A stretch of DNA of 64,000 bases from Patescibacteria group bacterium. Its GTDB lineage: Bacteria > Patescibacteriota > Microgenomatia > UBA10105 > UBA927. The notes under the pieces are model-generated. The model was not told where the DNA came from. It searched no databases and saw only the letters and a list, made by a program, of their open reading frames with translations. The DNA is taken from NCBI GenBank assembly GCA_038062895.1, contig JBBTWJ010000005.1, positions 67,715 through 131,714 on the forward strand. Reading direction: 5' to 3'. The position numbers and the translations under genes were made by a program. This document shows, one piece after another, positions 10,770 through 20,784 of the stretch (position 1 is the first letter of the stretch; each line of letters starts with the position of its first letter).

Positions 10770-13160
10770 ATGGCTCAACAAACAGAAGAAAAACAAACGA
10801 TAAAAGAATTTATCGACAACCTCCTTGACGACCTATCCTCTGGAAGGATAACGCCCGAAGCCGCCCTCGTGGCCGCGGGACAATATGCGGGCTTACGAAA
10901 AACACTGCTTCAAGAGCTTGATGGCACCCTCTCTACACAAGACCCAGAAGGGGGGCTTTCGGTTGACGTGGTGACGCGCGCACTTCGCAGCGCAGAGGCC
11001 GCCATTGAGACCTACCCACCACAATTTCAGGCAGAGCGGCCCGACACTCCGTTGTCCCCTAAAGATGTATTAGAAAGGGCGCGTTCACTTCGCGCGGCAG
11101 AGACAATTGTCACAGGGGCTTGGGCGGACCAACACACCAAGGTCGAGGAGTTGCGCAAAACATTCATTACGAGGCTTGTCAAAAATTGGATTGCCAAAAC
11201 GCGGGAGGTTGGAGCGGAAGAAATAGATGAGGTCGCTCTGACGCGAAAGCTTGAGGGCGTGATTACCAGCGACCCGTTGGGGCCCGGGGCGACAAACGCC
11301 ATGGAGTCGGCGCTTAGCACGGCGCCCACCCAAAAAAACGCCGCAAGAGAGATGGTTCGCGACGCACAGCCCGCGAGGCAAGAGCTCGCTGCGGCAGTGG
11401 CCAGCATTGAGAGCGTTCGGGCGGTATCAAGGGCTGTGTTTGGGCGCGCTGGATCGCCCAACGTCGACCACTTCGCTACAATCGCCACCCACATCGTCAC
11501 GTCTTCGGGGTTGCCCGCACAAGAAGCGGTCAGGCGCGCCGATGCGTTATCCCGCGCGGCAGAAGCCGCGTCCTCCTCTATTCCCAACGAAACTTCCCTG
11601 CTTGCCTCCGGCCGATTTTTTAGCAATTTAGCAGAGGGACCGGCACAAAAATTGGTCGCGGCGGCGGCGGATGCATTATTTGCCCAACTTTCTCCTCTCG
11701 CCCAACAAAACGTGATTCGCTCTGCGTTTTCCAGGGCGCTTGAGGGGGCGCTTAGTAAAACTGACGACCTTACGCTCCGCTTTGGGAAAAATTTCGTGGA
11801 CAGCGAGCTGTTCCGCGTCGTCATTGAGGGGGCAAAAAAAGAATTTGCCCAAGAACCGGGAGGCGGCGGAACAGGAACGAGGCAAGCCCGCAGCGTGATT
11901 GAGGACATTCTCGGATCCGTCCTTCGGGGCCCGGCCGCGGCGCCGCTTCTCGCCGGACCCCGCGAGACAATACTCAATTATTTTGAGCTTATGGCTATCA
12001 ACGCCGGGCTTGCGGATGATAAAAAGTTGCCTCTTTTTGGAAAAACCGACGGGTTAGCGCTCCTCCTTTCTTCTCCGGCGGGAAACGGAAAAGCCGCCCC
12101 AAGCGCTAGCCTTGTCGCGGCTGCCGCCTCTCTTTCGGGACAACTCCCATCTTGGCAACAGTATTATATGATGGCAACTTCCCTTGTCTCGCCCGCGGCC
12201 GCGTCCCCATCTTCTTTCCCGTCGGGCCCGGGCGTCCCGCAGGTTGGTTTTTCCGGGGGTGGATTGGGGGGCGCCATAAGCGGCGCCCTGGCGGGAGCAG
12301 GCTTGGGCCTTGCGGGACTTGGGGGGCGCATGGGTGGCAATTTTTTAAACACGATATTTGGCGGCGCCCCCTCTTCCCCCTTCGGAAGAAGGTCAGAAAA
12401 AACCAGCTTTTGGGACGACACTCCCCTCATGATCTCCGTGTTTATCGGTGTCGCGATCGTGCTTCTTTTTGTACTCCCGACGTTTTTCAATGTTGGGTCT
12501 ATAAAATCCAACACCATTACCTCTTCGTTATTAAACGCCGCAGCTGAAGCCGAAAGACGCGGACGAGACAGGGTGGGTGGATTTGACAAACAATATCCGC
12601 AACCTCCAGACTATCTCGACCCATCGCTTTTTACTGGAAAAGAGTTTGCCTGCTTGTCGTTTGGAGACGGGTTTGACACCGGCGCAGGAACAAGCCGAAA
12701 AATCACCAACACAGAAGCTTCTCGACTTGCGACCGTCCTGACAAAATTTCCTCAAATAAACGTGCTCTCTTGTGGCTTGTCGTGTCCTGCAAAAAAAATT
12801 AACATAACGGTTTTTTCTGAGCTAAGCGACTATGGTGGCTTTGCCCCGCCGTCCCACCCAGGAAACGTCATTCTCTATCAACACGTGTTTACAAATTATG
12901 ACGACCAACTCCTCGCGTATCTCCTTGCCCACGAACTGGCTCACAACATTGATTGGTTTCAAGATCCTCTTTCTGTGGGATTTCAAAAACTTGGGTGCGG
13001 AAGCGTGCCCCCATCAACATACCATTTCGGCGGGGACTCCCACGAGTCGTTTGCCGAGTCGGTGGCGCTTTATCTCATAAACCACCCGGAAATAAAAACG
13101 TACTGCGATGGGAAGGCATATAACTATTTAAATGGCGCGCTTAATCAGTGCAGACAGTGA
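10770..13160 (+). CDS. Membrane protein with C-terminal extracellular zincin metallopeptidase domain
   Basis: Ala/Gly-rich N-region, one TM helix, then LAHELAH and downstream HESFAE third-ligand motif. Confidence 0.75.
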   Translation: MAQQTEEKQTIKEFIDNLLDDLSSGRITPEAALVAAGQYAGLRKTLLQELDGTLSTQDPEGGLSVDVVTRALRSAEAAIETYPPQFQAERPDTPLSPKDVLERARSLRAAETIVTGAWADQHTKVEELRKTFITRLVKNWIAKTREVGAEEIDEVALTRKLEGVITSDPLGPGATNAMESALSTAPTQKNAAREMVRDAQPARQELAAAVASIESVRAVSRAVFGRAGSPNVDHFATIATHIVTSSGLPAQEAVRRADALSRAAEAASSSIPNETSLLASGRFFSNLAEGPAQKLVAAAADALFAQLSPLAQQNVIRSAFSRALEGALSKTDDLTLRFGKNFVDSELFRVVIEGAKKEFAQEPGGGGTGTRQARSVIEDILGSVLRGPAAAPLLAGPRETILNYFELMAINAGLADDKKLPLFGKTDGLALLLSSPAGNGKAAPSASLVAAAASLSGQLPSWQQYYMMATSLVSPAAASPSSFPSGPGVPQVGFSGGGLGGAISGALAGAGLGLAGLGGRMGGNFLNTIFGGAPSSPFGRRSEKTSFWDDTPLMISVFIGVAIVLLFVLPTFFNVGSIKSNTITSSLLNAAAEAERRGRDRVGGFDKQYPQPPDYLDPSLFTGKEFACLSFGDGFDTGAGTSRKITNTEASRLATVLTKFPQINVLSCGLSCPAKKINITVFSELSDYGGFAPPSHPGNVILYQHVFTNYDDQLLAYLLAHELAHNIDWFQDPLSVGFQKLGCGSVPPSTYHFGGDSHESFAESVALYLINHPEIKTYCDGKAYNYLNGALNQCRQ

Positions 13161-13171
13161 CCTTCGCCGTC

Positions 13172-14281
13172 TTATTCCGAGGACACTCTCACGGGCATGA
13201 TGATATGGAGGAATGCGAGATCTTTGGACGACCGAAAGGCCCCGGGGTTTAATGCGCCGGTCATTTCAAGCGCCACATCACTCCCTGGAAAATTAGCAAG
13301 AAGCTCTGCGAGAAACCTGCTGTTGAAGGCAATGTCTCCCTCCTCCCCTTCGGTTTTCGCGTCCACCTCGACGGTGTTCTCCCCTACTTGCGGGGCGTTG
13401 GCGGAAATCGTGAGTGAGTTTTTTGCAATATGAAGCCGGACAATATTGGCGCTGTCGCGGGCGAATATGCTTGCTGATTTCACAGCCCTCGTGAGGGCCT
13501 CTACGTCAAGGGTTGCTGTCGTTGTGTGTTTGGAGGGGATAATTTTTTCAAAGTTGGGGTACTCTCCTTCTATCCGGCGGGTAATAATGGTGGTATCTCC
13601 CACCGCCACCACCAGCTGCCCGTCCCCCGCATCAGAAAGCAAAACATCTTTAACCTCTTTATCTTCTTGGCATAAGCGCAAAACCTCTCCCAGCGCACGG
13701 CCAGGAACAACGAAGCTCGTGTCTTTCGGAAGAACAAGCGTGGACTGATATACCGACAGGCGGTATCCATCGGTCGCGGCAAAGAGCGCCCCTTCTTCTT
13801 TTTGAACGATTCTCACCCCCGTCAGCAAGGGCCGCCCCTCGTCCGTAGACGCCGCAAACAAAACGAGAGACAAAATAGAGACCAACCTTCCTCTCTCAAG
13901 CGGAACTTCTTTCTTTGTGACGGCTTTGCCCGCAGGAGGAAACTCCCCGGCAGCCACGCCCGCAACCGTTGCCCGCACGCCCCCACAAGACACGCGAAGC
14001 GACCCCTCCTTCTCTTCGAGTGTCACGGTGTCCTGTGGAAGAGAGGAAATAAGTTCAGAGAACACCTTCGCCGGCACGCAAAGACCCCCTTCTTTTTCTA
14101 CTTTCGCGCCGACCAACACCGTCTCTGTCGTCTCTATGGACGAGGCAGTGATCAAGAGCCCTTCCTTCGTTGCGTTTATCAAAAGATGAGAGAGGATAGG
14201 GAGAAGGGGCTTCGTTGAAATAACTCTGTTCGTCCGGGTTACTGCCTTTACAAGGTTTTCTTGAAGTATAGAGACTTTCAT
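13172..14281 (-). CDS. dnaN: DNA polymerase III beta clamp
   Basis: LPILS, RPLLTGV, ATDGYRLS, IEGEYPNF, FNSRFL, IIMPVR motifs; downstream of dnaA. Confidence 0.97.
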   Translation of the reverse strand: MKVSILQENLVKAVTRTNRVISTKPLLPILSHLLINATKEGLLITASSIETTETVLVGAKVEKEGGLCVPAKVFSELISSLPQDTVTLEEKEGSLRVSCGGVRATVAGVAAGEFPPAGKAVTKKEVPLERGRLVSILSLVLFAASTDEGRPLLTGVRIVQKEEGALFAATDGYRLSVYQSTLVLPKDTSFVVPGRALGEVLRLCQEDKEVKDVLLSDAGDGQLVVAVGDTTIITRRIEGEYPNFEKIIPSKHTTTATLDVEALTRAVKSASIFARDSANIVRLHIAKNSLTISANAPQVGENTVEVDAKTEGEEGDIAFNSRFLAELLANFPGSDVALEMTGALNPGAFRSSKDLAFLHIIMPVRVSSE

Positions 14282-14289
14282 TGTTTATT

Positions 14290-14450
14290 TATTCGTCGTA
14301 GTAGTAAGTAACGAGCGTGGAAAAGTGTACGACGTTTGCGTGCGGGTGTCAACGACAAGGAGAAGGCGGGGCGAGGGGCGTGGAAAACACGCAGTTTCTT
14401 TGTGGATAAAGATGTGGATAAGGGGCGGGCGAATGTGGAAAAGTGGATAT
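14290..14450. promoter_or_regulatory. oriC: Chromosomal replication origin oriC (dnaA-dnaN intergenic)
   Basis: Perfect DnaA boxes TGTGGATAA at 14401-14409 and 14413-14421; variants at 14316, 14379, 14434, 14442; trio-like GTAGTAGTAAGTA next to dnaN. Confidence 0.85.
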
Positions 14451-14470
14451 GTTGGGCCAGGGAAACGGAC

Positions 14471-15844
14471 TTATGCCCACAACCGCTTCTTTATCCCCTC
14501 TACGTCTGTGCGGAGACGCTCGTTGATGGAGAGCTCTTGAGTAATGGTTTCAACCCCATGCATGATCGTGGTGTGGTCGCGGCCCCCAAGAAGGCCGCCG
14601 ATGTCCTCAAGCGTTAGTCCCAGTTCGGTTTTACACAGATACATAATGATTTGCCGGGGCCTTGCGATGGGGCGGTCTCGCTTGGGGCTTTTGATCGTGG
14701 TTGGTTTGATGCTGAAATAGTTGGCAACCACCTCCAGAACCTCTTGTGGTGGTACGCGCTTGTCGTGTTTGGCGATGCCGCCGCTCCCCACGACCGCCTT
14801 GGATCCCAACAGCGACGCGACGAGCTCCGGGGTGGCCGGCCCAACGCCCGGCGCGGTAAGTTTTCGTAAAAATCCCTCGATGGCCCTCGTGTCGGTCAGG
14901 TTGGCCGCAACAAGTTGGGCGGCCTCCGAAGGAACCGTGATTTCGAGAGCCGCTGATTTAATATTGACGATTGCCACCCGTAGCTCAAAGTTGGGCGGGG
15001 CGATGTCCACCGTCAATCCCCCCTCGAACCGGCTGCGGAGCCGGTCTTCAAGTTTGGCAATCTCTGACGGCGGTCGGTCGCTCGTGAGGATGATCTGTGT
15101 CCCCTCGCGATGGAGCGCGTTGAAGGTGTGAAAAAATTCCTCCTGGGTTTGTTGTTTGCCGGCGATAAACTGGACGTCATCGACCAAAAAAAGCTGTGCC
15201 GTGCGGTATTTTTGTCGAAACTGGCGGTTGGTTTTTGTTTGGATGGCCTCAACGATTTCGTTGGTAAATTCCTCTCCCATACAATAGACGAGCTTAACGT
15301 TGGGCTTTTTAGCAAGAATGGCGTTTGCTACGGCGTGCATGAGGTGCGTCTTCCCCACTCCGACGCCACCATAAAGGAATAAGGGGTTATACGCGCCGCC
15401 AGGATTTTTGGCGACGGCGGTGGCGGCGGCATAAGCCAGCTGATTGGTGGTGGATACGGCAAAATTGTCAAACGAGGCGTCAGCCCGAATATGGAGCCGT
15501 CGGGCCGCATCCAACGGCCCGATTGTCGACGGAACAAACGAGGAAGCGTTTTGTGTGGAAAATAATGGGCCAGCGTCGTCACCCTCAAGGCGGTTGTGTT
15601 TGGCGGCCACCACAAACACCAGGCTCACATTTTCATTGGTGTGGTGGTCAAGGATGCTTTTGATGAGGCTGTAATAGCGCGATTCAACGAGCGTCCGTAT
15701 GGGCGCATTGGGGATACCGATGGTTGCAACACTGCTCGCAAGAGACAAAAGAGAAGACCCTTTGAATTGGGTATGAAAAGCAACGCGAGAGACAGAAAGC
15801 TCGACTTCCGCAAGGCACGTTTTCCAGAGTTTTTCCAGATCCAT
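14471..15844 (-). CDS. dnaA: Chromosomal replication initiator DnaA
   Basis: YNPLFLYGGVGVGKTHL, DDVQF, QEEFFHTFN, RLRSRF, GGRDHTT. Confidence 0.98.
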   Translation of the reverse strand: MDLEKLWKTCLAEVELSVSRVAFHTQFKGSSLLSLASSVATIGIPNAPIRTLVESRYYSLIKSILDHHTNENVSLVFVVAAKHNRLEGDDAGPLFSTQNASSFVPSTIGPLDAARRLHIRADASFDNFAVSTTNQLAYAAATAVAKNPGGAYNPLFLYGGVGVGKTHLMHAVANAILAKKPNVKLVYCMGEEFTNEIVEAIQTKTNRQFRQKYRTAQLFLVDDVQFIAGKQQTQEEFFHTFNALHREGTQIILTSDRPPSEIAKLEDRLRSRFEGGLTVDIAPPNFELRVAIVNIKSAALEITVPSEAAQLVAANLTDTRAIEGFLRKLTAPGVGPATPELVASLLGSKAVVGSGGIAKHDKRVPPQEVLEVVANYFSIKPTTIKSPKRDRPIARPRQIIMYLCKTELGLTLEDIGGLLGGRDHTTIMHGVETITQELSINERLRTDVEGIKKRLWA

Positions 15845-15901
15845 ATGTGATGAGCACGTGATAAAATAATCTGATTAGCGCGTGACGTGGGCAGAAGGAG
15901 G

Positions 15902-15920
15902 CGTGGATAACTTATCCACA
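15902..15920. promoter_or_regulatory. Inverted pair of DnaA boxes upstream of dnaA
   Basis: CGTGGATAA-c-TTATCCACA. Confidence 0.85.
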
Positions 15921-15937
15921 TCCTAGAAAGTTTTACT

Positions 15938-18814
15938 ATGATTGTCAAGGGCAACATAAAAAGGTTTTTACAACAAGCCCTATCTGTTTTTCAAAACAAT
16001 GGAGAAGTTGTTATTTTTTTCTTCTTTCTTCTGGCGTCTTTATTTTTAGGAGACGGGAAGCAGCCGCTTGTCGATGTGTGGTGGGCGTTGGGGATTCTGA
16101 CGATGTATGGGGCGCGGTATTATCAAAGGGGCAAGCTCGATCTCCAGCCACTCTCCCGCCCGACTGGATTTTTGTGGTCGGCGCTTATCGTGTATTTCAT
16201 TATATTGATTCCTTTTTCCGATAGCGCGGGATATTCTATCAGCGCAACAATGCGACTGATTGAGGGATATTTGGTCTATGTGATGTTTCACGCGGTTGCT
16301 TCAGAGCCCCGCGGCAACGTCTCAACAGCGAGCCCCCTCAAGGGGAGTCCAGTTGATTTGTTTGCCCGGGGACTTCTATTTGTTGGGGTAGTAGCAACAA
16401 GCGCTTCATTTGTGTTTCTTCTCTACCCTTCCTTTGCCCGGCTTTTGCCGCCCATGAACCTGCTTTATGCCAACTACGGACACAACCATCTGGCAGATTT
16501 GTTGTTATTTATCTTTCCCGTCGCGATTGGGTTGGTTGAAAAGAAAAAAAACACTTGGGTGTTTGGGGCGCTTGGGTTATTTAGTGTTGGCATGCTTCTC
16601 ACCTTTGCCCGCGGGGCGTGGGTTCTTCTTGTTTTTTACCTTTTATTTCTTGTCGTAGGAAGCAAAAGTCAATTAATAAGAAGGGTTGGGCTGTCTGTCG
16701 CGGCGGCTTCTGTCGCGGCCCTCCTCACTGTTTCTCTTGTTTCTCTTCGTGGAGCACCACAGGGCAGCGGCTTAATGGCGAGACTTGCGAGCCAGACTCA
16801 AAAATCATCGCTCCTGCAGGACGGGCGGTGGGAGTACTGGGGGCAATCCATTGAGGCGATAAAAGAGCGTCCCCTTTTTGGGAGCGGCCCGGGGACGTTT
16901 TATTTGGAGTCGAAACGGCTACAGTCGCGCCCGAATTCGTGGTCATGGTTTGCCCATAGCTTTCCGCTGCAAACAACAACAGAAATTGGATTCGTGGGGA
17001 CATTAATTTTTTTGTTTTTGATTTATATCATGCTTCGAGAAGCATGGTTTGGCTTGTCATCAACCAAAGACAACGACGGTGCGCCGCTATTACTATCAGG
17101 GGCGGTCCTAGTTTTTTTCTATGGATTTTTTGAGTTCACCATGGATTATGTCGCGGTCTGGATACTGCTTTGTGCGACACTTGGCTTGTTAATTGAACAT
17201 GATGCCAGCATTCATAAGGAGGGATCAACGCGTGGAGCCACTGAAATTGCCCTGATTGTGTTGGCGGCATTTTATTTTTCGTCTCTCGGTAGCATTGTGG
17301 CCACAGCAGCAAACAATAAATCATTTGCGTTTGGACTGGCCCCATATAACGCTGGCGCCGCAAAAGACGCGCTTGCTTCCCAAGGGCCCATGCAAATTAC
17401 GGCGCTGACCGGTAGGATTTTAGCTTTTTTTCATAAAGCCAACCCGGAGATTTTTTCATTGCTTGCGGCCGCGGAGAATGATGTGCTTCGTAATGCGCGC
17501 GCGCGCGAAACTCTAATTGAAATCGATCCCTGGGGGAAAACAGCATTTGAAGCGGCAAAGAATTTAATTCTACAAGGGTCGTGGGACCGGGCCGGATTAA
17601 TAATTTCTTCCAAACAGGGACACGAGGAAAACTACGCAGAACGCAAAGAGCTTTCCGGTTTAATGCTTGATCTGGGAGATGGACTTTATAAAGCGGGAAG
17701 ATGGGCCGAGGCGGGACAATGGTATATGCGCGCACAAGAAGAAGACGCGTGGGCGCTTAACCGGCATGAACCGGCATTCCTCCGGTTTCGTGCGAAACCC
17801 CAGGAGGCGCTATTCTTTTTTGACAATCTGATCCCAACCCCTGGTAATTATTTGGGTAAACATAGAGACGCCTACGCTCGTGAGTGGCTTAGTGCGCTGG
17901 TTGAAACCATTCGATCGGGGGAATCCGCCGATGTGGCCAAACACGTTCGTGCAATCGGATTGCTCGCTCCATGGATGAAAAATCAACTATGGAAAGATGT
18001 TGGATTACTGCTTGTGGATCAATCAAAAAATGATGAAAATAACGGAAATTATTCTGCGGCATCAGAAAAAGCCCTGTTAGTCTTTGCGCTATATCATGTA
18101 TTTCCTGAAAATCTGTCTAATCTTGATTGGGAGCTACGTAAAAAGGCCTCGATAGAGATGATGGAATTGGGAAATGTTGTCGCGTCACGCGACCTCATCA
18201 TCACAGAAAAATTGCAGGAGGCCGCCATGGATATGGTCTCATGGGTCGGGCGGTATGCACCTTCGTGGTATGAAGATCTGAATTCAAAGAAAACGACAGC
18301 AGAATTGCTTATGGATTATCTTGATAGCCCCAACAGCAAAGTTGGAAATTGGGCAAACAAAAGTCGCACACATGCGGCGATATTGTTGATAGAAAAACTT
18401 ATTGACGAGGGCAATCCTAAAGATGTTTATAGTTATGCAAAACAAATGACCGCCGTGAATGAAGTTAATTATGAAAGACGAAATAATCTTGTCGTTCGTC
18501 TTCAAAACAAAATAGATAGTTTATTGCTCGCAGGCAACGCGTCGGATGCACAACATCTTATGCGGTCTATGAAATTACTATTACCGGACGATTACTGGGT
18601 ACAAGCGCAAGAGGGATATTTTTATCTCGCGGCAGGTAACGCCGGAAAAGCGAAAGAAGCCTTTGCGGCGTGTACAACATCCAGGCCGCCGGGTCATAAA
18701 GACTGCACGTTGGGACTCGGGCAATTACATGGAACAACATTTTCAAAAACTAGATATCAGCAAATATCTTCTATTTTACAAAAAAAGAAACGGTGGCAAG
18801 ATTTTACCCGGTAA
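15938..18814 (+). CDS. O-antigen-ligase (Wzy_C) family membrane protein with C-terminal TPR-like helical region
   Basis: TFARGAW, GRWEYW...RPLFGSGPGTF, FAHS motifs; about 12 TM helices then a long soluble helical domain. Confidence 0.85.
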   Translation: MIVKGNIKRFLQQALSVFQNNGEVVIFFFFLLASLFLGDGKQPLVDVWWALGILTMYGARYYQRGKLDLQPLSRPTGFLWSALIVYFIILIPFSDSAGYSISATMRLIEGYLVYVMFHAVASEPRGNVSTASPLKGSPVDLFARGLLFVGVVATSASFVFLLYPSFARLLPPMNLLYANYGHNHLADLLLFIFPVAIGLVEKKKNTWVFGALGLFSVGMLLTFARGAWVLLVFYLLFLVVGSKSQLIRRVGLSVAAASVAALLTVSLVSLRGAPQGSGLMARLASQTQKSSLLQDGRWEYWGQSIEAIKERPLFGSGPGTFYLESKRLQSRPNSWSWFAHSFPLQTTTEIGFVGTLIFLFLIYIMLREAWFGLSSTKDNDGAPLLLSGAVLVFFYGFFEFTMDYVAVWILLCATLGLLIEHDASIHKEGSTRGATEIALIVLAAFYFSSLGSIVATAANNKSFAFGLAPYNAGAAKDALASQGPMQITALTGRILAFFHKANPEIFSLLAAAENDVLRNARARETLIEIDPWGKTAFEAAKNLILQGSWDRAGLIISSKQGHEENYAERKELSGLMLDLGDGLYKAGRWAEAGQWYMRAQEEDAWALNRHEPAFLRFRAKPQEALFFFDNLIPTPGNYLGKHRDAYAREWLSALVETIRSGESADVAKHVRAIGLLAPWMKNQLWKDVGLLLVDQSKNDENNGNYSAASEKALLVFALYHVFPENLSNLDWELRKKASIEMMELGNVVASRDLIITEKLQEAAMDMVSWVGRYAPSWYEDLNSKKTTAELLMDYLDSPNSKVGNWANKSRTHAAILLIEKLIDEGNPKDVYSYAKQMTAVNEVNYERRNNLVVRLQNKIDSLLLAGNASDAQHLMRSMKLLLPDDYWVQAQEGYFYLAAGNAGKAKEAFAACTTSRPPGHKDCTLGLGQLHGTTFSKTRYQQISSILQKKKRWQDFTR

Positions 18815-18817
18815 CAA

Positions 18818-19972
18818 ATGAGACCAAAAAATTTTTTTATTGGCCAATTGGCAATATCGATGCTTATAAAGAGAGGGCTTCTAGTGGTGTCGGCAATTTT
18901 AGGTGTAGCAGGGTCGTTTGTTGCTATAAACACAATCCTTGAGATCACAAATATAGGCATGTCCCCTGTTTATTCTGATTGGACGCTTGATAGAACCATT
19001 TATTCGCCGCGATATATTTATTGGGGGAAAAATTACTGTGAGTTGTTCCCTCAGAACTGCGAAGCGCCGGAAGAGGAGCTTGTCACAAATAAGCCAGAAG
19101 TTTTTAATAGCCAGGGTTTAAGCGATAAGGAATGCAAAAAAATTTTATTTCTTGGCGATTCTTATACGTTTGCCCCTTGGACAAAACGAGGGGAGTCTTA
19201 TGCTGCCATATTTTCGAAGCTGTACGCTTCTGAAAAAAATCAGTGCGTGGTGTTGTATCGGGTGGCGACAGGAGGAGTTGGAAATGACCAGGAGTTGGCG
19301 CGGTTTATCGATGTTGTCGAGCGGCTTCGTCCAAATATCGTCGTATGGCAATTTTATGAGAACGATTTATTTGAAAACGTTGTTGCCGAGTTATTTTCAG
19401 TAAAAAACGAAACGCTTTACAGAAATAACGCATATTTAAACATAAGATTTCTCGGTGGATTTATTAATCAACATGTCCCCCTCGTAAGGAACACCGCGAT
19501 AGGAAAACACCTTATGTTTTTGGGAGAAACAAATGATGTTTTTCGTGTTTGGCCCACAAATCCTTATAACCAGGAGCAAGTAATTGTCTATAATCAGAAA
19601 AAAGTAGTTAAAATGTTGGATTATATGGATAGTCTTGGTAAATTATATCAATTTACCAATTTCACCACCCTGGCCCCGGTGGAATGTGGGATTGTTCAAA
19701 AATATCCTTGCCAAGAAGGTAGCATGCGTTTGCACCAAGTCTTGAAGGACATCCTCCTTACCAGGAGTAATTATCTCAGCATGGAAACGCCATCGGGAGA
19801 CAACAATATTCTTGGAAGCCAGATTGACAGAGATGAAGCAGGCGAGGGCGAAGGTCTTTTTAACGTTGTTGATGATAAGAATCCGCCGGGGGCTCGACAC
19901 CTGTCTGTCAAAGGGAATAAAAAATTTGGTACCATATTTTATGAAAATTATCGATCAAAAAAGGGACTGTAA
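18818..19972 (+). CDS. SGNH/GDSL hydrolase family membrane-anchored protein
   Basis: ILFLGDSYT, block II GG, FYENDL, C-terminal HLSVKGN. Confidence 0.8.
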   Translation: MRPKNFFIGQLAISMLIKRGLLVVSAILGVAGSFVAINTILEITNIGMSPVYSDWTLDRTIYSPRYIYWGKNYCELFPQNCEAPEEELVTNKPEVFNSQGLSDKECKKILFLGDSYTFAPWTKRGESYAAIFSKLYASEKNQCVVLYRVATGGVGNDQELARFIDVVERLRPNIVVWQFYENDLFENVVAELFSVKNETLYRNNAYLNIRFLGGFINQHVPLVRNTAIGKHLMFLGETNDVFRVWPTNPYNQEQVIVYNQKKVVKMLDYMDSLGKLYQFTNFTTLAPVECGIVQKYPCQEGSMRLHQVLKDILLTRSNYLSMETPSGDNNILGSQIDRDEAGEGEGLFNVVDDKNPPGARHLSVKGNKKFGTIFYENYRSKKGL

Positions 19973-20742
19973 TCGCGAAGCCCATGACGCAGTTTTTGCC
20001 AAAGCGGCTTGACCAGTATTGCTAACATAAAATGAATATTACCGATCGCATACCGATACCAAAGCCTTCGTGGGTTTTGACAAAGACGGTAGAGCCATTC
20101 GAGGCCCAACCGTTGCACCCGTGGGTGTGCCTGTTTTTCTACTCCGGCTAATAGATTAAAAGCAGCACCGACTCCGATTAACGTGTTAGCATTTATTTTA
20201 TTGTGATTATTAATCATCCACAACTCTTGGTGAGGACAACCTAACCCCACAAACACCACGTGAGGTTTATGTTTATTGATTTGATTAATAATTTGACCGT
20301 TTTTTTTCTTACTAAATATTTTTACCGGTGTATCTAATGATCCGACGAGTCTAAGTTTTGGAAACAGAAGAGCAAGACGTGAAATCATTGCGGCACCTTG
20401 TCCAAGAGAGCCGCCCAAAAGGAAAACTTTCCAATTATTTGATTGTGCAAGGCTACACAGTTTCAACATTAATATGGGGCCATACACCCGTTCAACGTGT
20501 TTACATCCATGTAATTTTAGCAACCAAACCAAAGGCATTCCGTCTGGTGTTACAAGGGTTGCCTTATTAACGCCGTCTAATAATTTAGGATTGTTTTGGC
20601 ATTCCACAACGAGGTGAACGGCAGCAACGCAAATATACCCCTTTTTTCTTAACGTGATCACTGATTCAATCAGGCGAAGACAAGAATGATAATTGATTGC
20701 CGAAATATGAACACCGAGGATGTTTTTGAAGGGAACCGTCAT
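19948..20742 (-). CDS. WecB/TagA/CpsF glycosyltransferase (GT26)
   Basis: TPDGMPLVW, RVYGP, VFVGLGCPHQE, GVGAAF, GLEWLYRL. Confidence 0.92.
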   Translation of the reverse strand: MTVPFKNILGVHISAINYHSCLRLIESVITLRKKGYICVAAVHLVVECQNNPKLLDGVNKATLVTPDGMPLVWLLKLHGCKHVERVYGPILMLKLCSLAQSNNWKVFLLGGSLGQGAAMISRLALLFPKLRLVGSLDTPVKIFSKKKNGQIINQINKHKPHVVFVGLGCPHQELWMINNHNKINANTLIGVGAAFNLLAGVEKQAHPRVQRLGLEWLYRLCQNPRRLWYRYAIGNIHFMLAILVKPLWQKLRHGLRDYSPFFDR

Positions 20743-20784
20743 AGATCTTATTGTTGGAACAATGGTATTATACCTGACAAACGT

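Noticed and set aside
11027-11977. 316-aa minus-strand ORF and many similar shadow ORFs in the track
   Set aside because: Antisense or frame-shifted to well-supported genes, low-complexity composition, no motifs
2-13160. Integrative conjugative element or prophage
   Set aside because: No integrase, relaxase, att-tRNA or phage structural genes in the window; the cluster abuts dnaN
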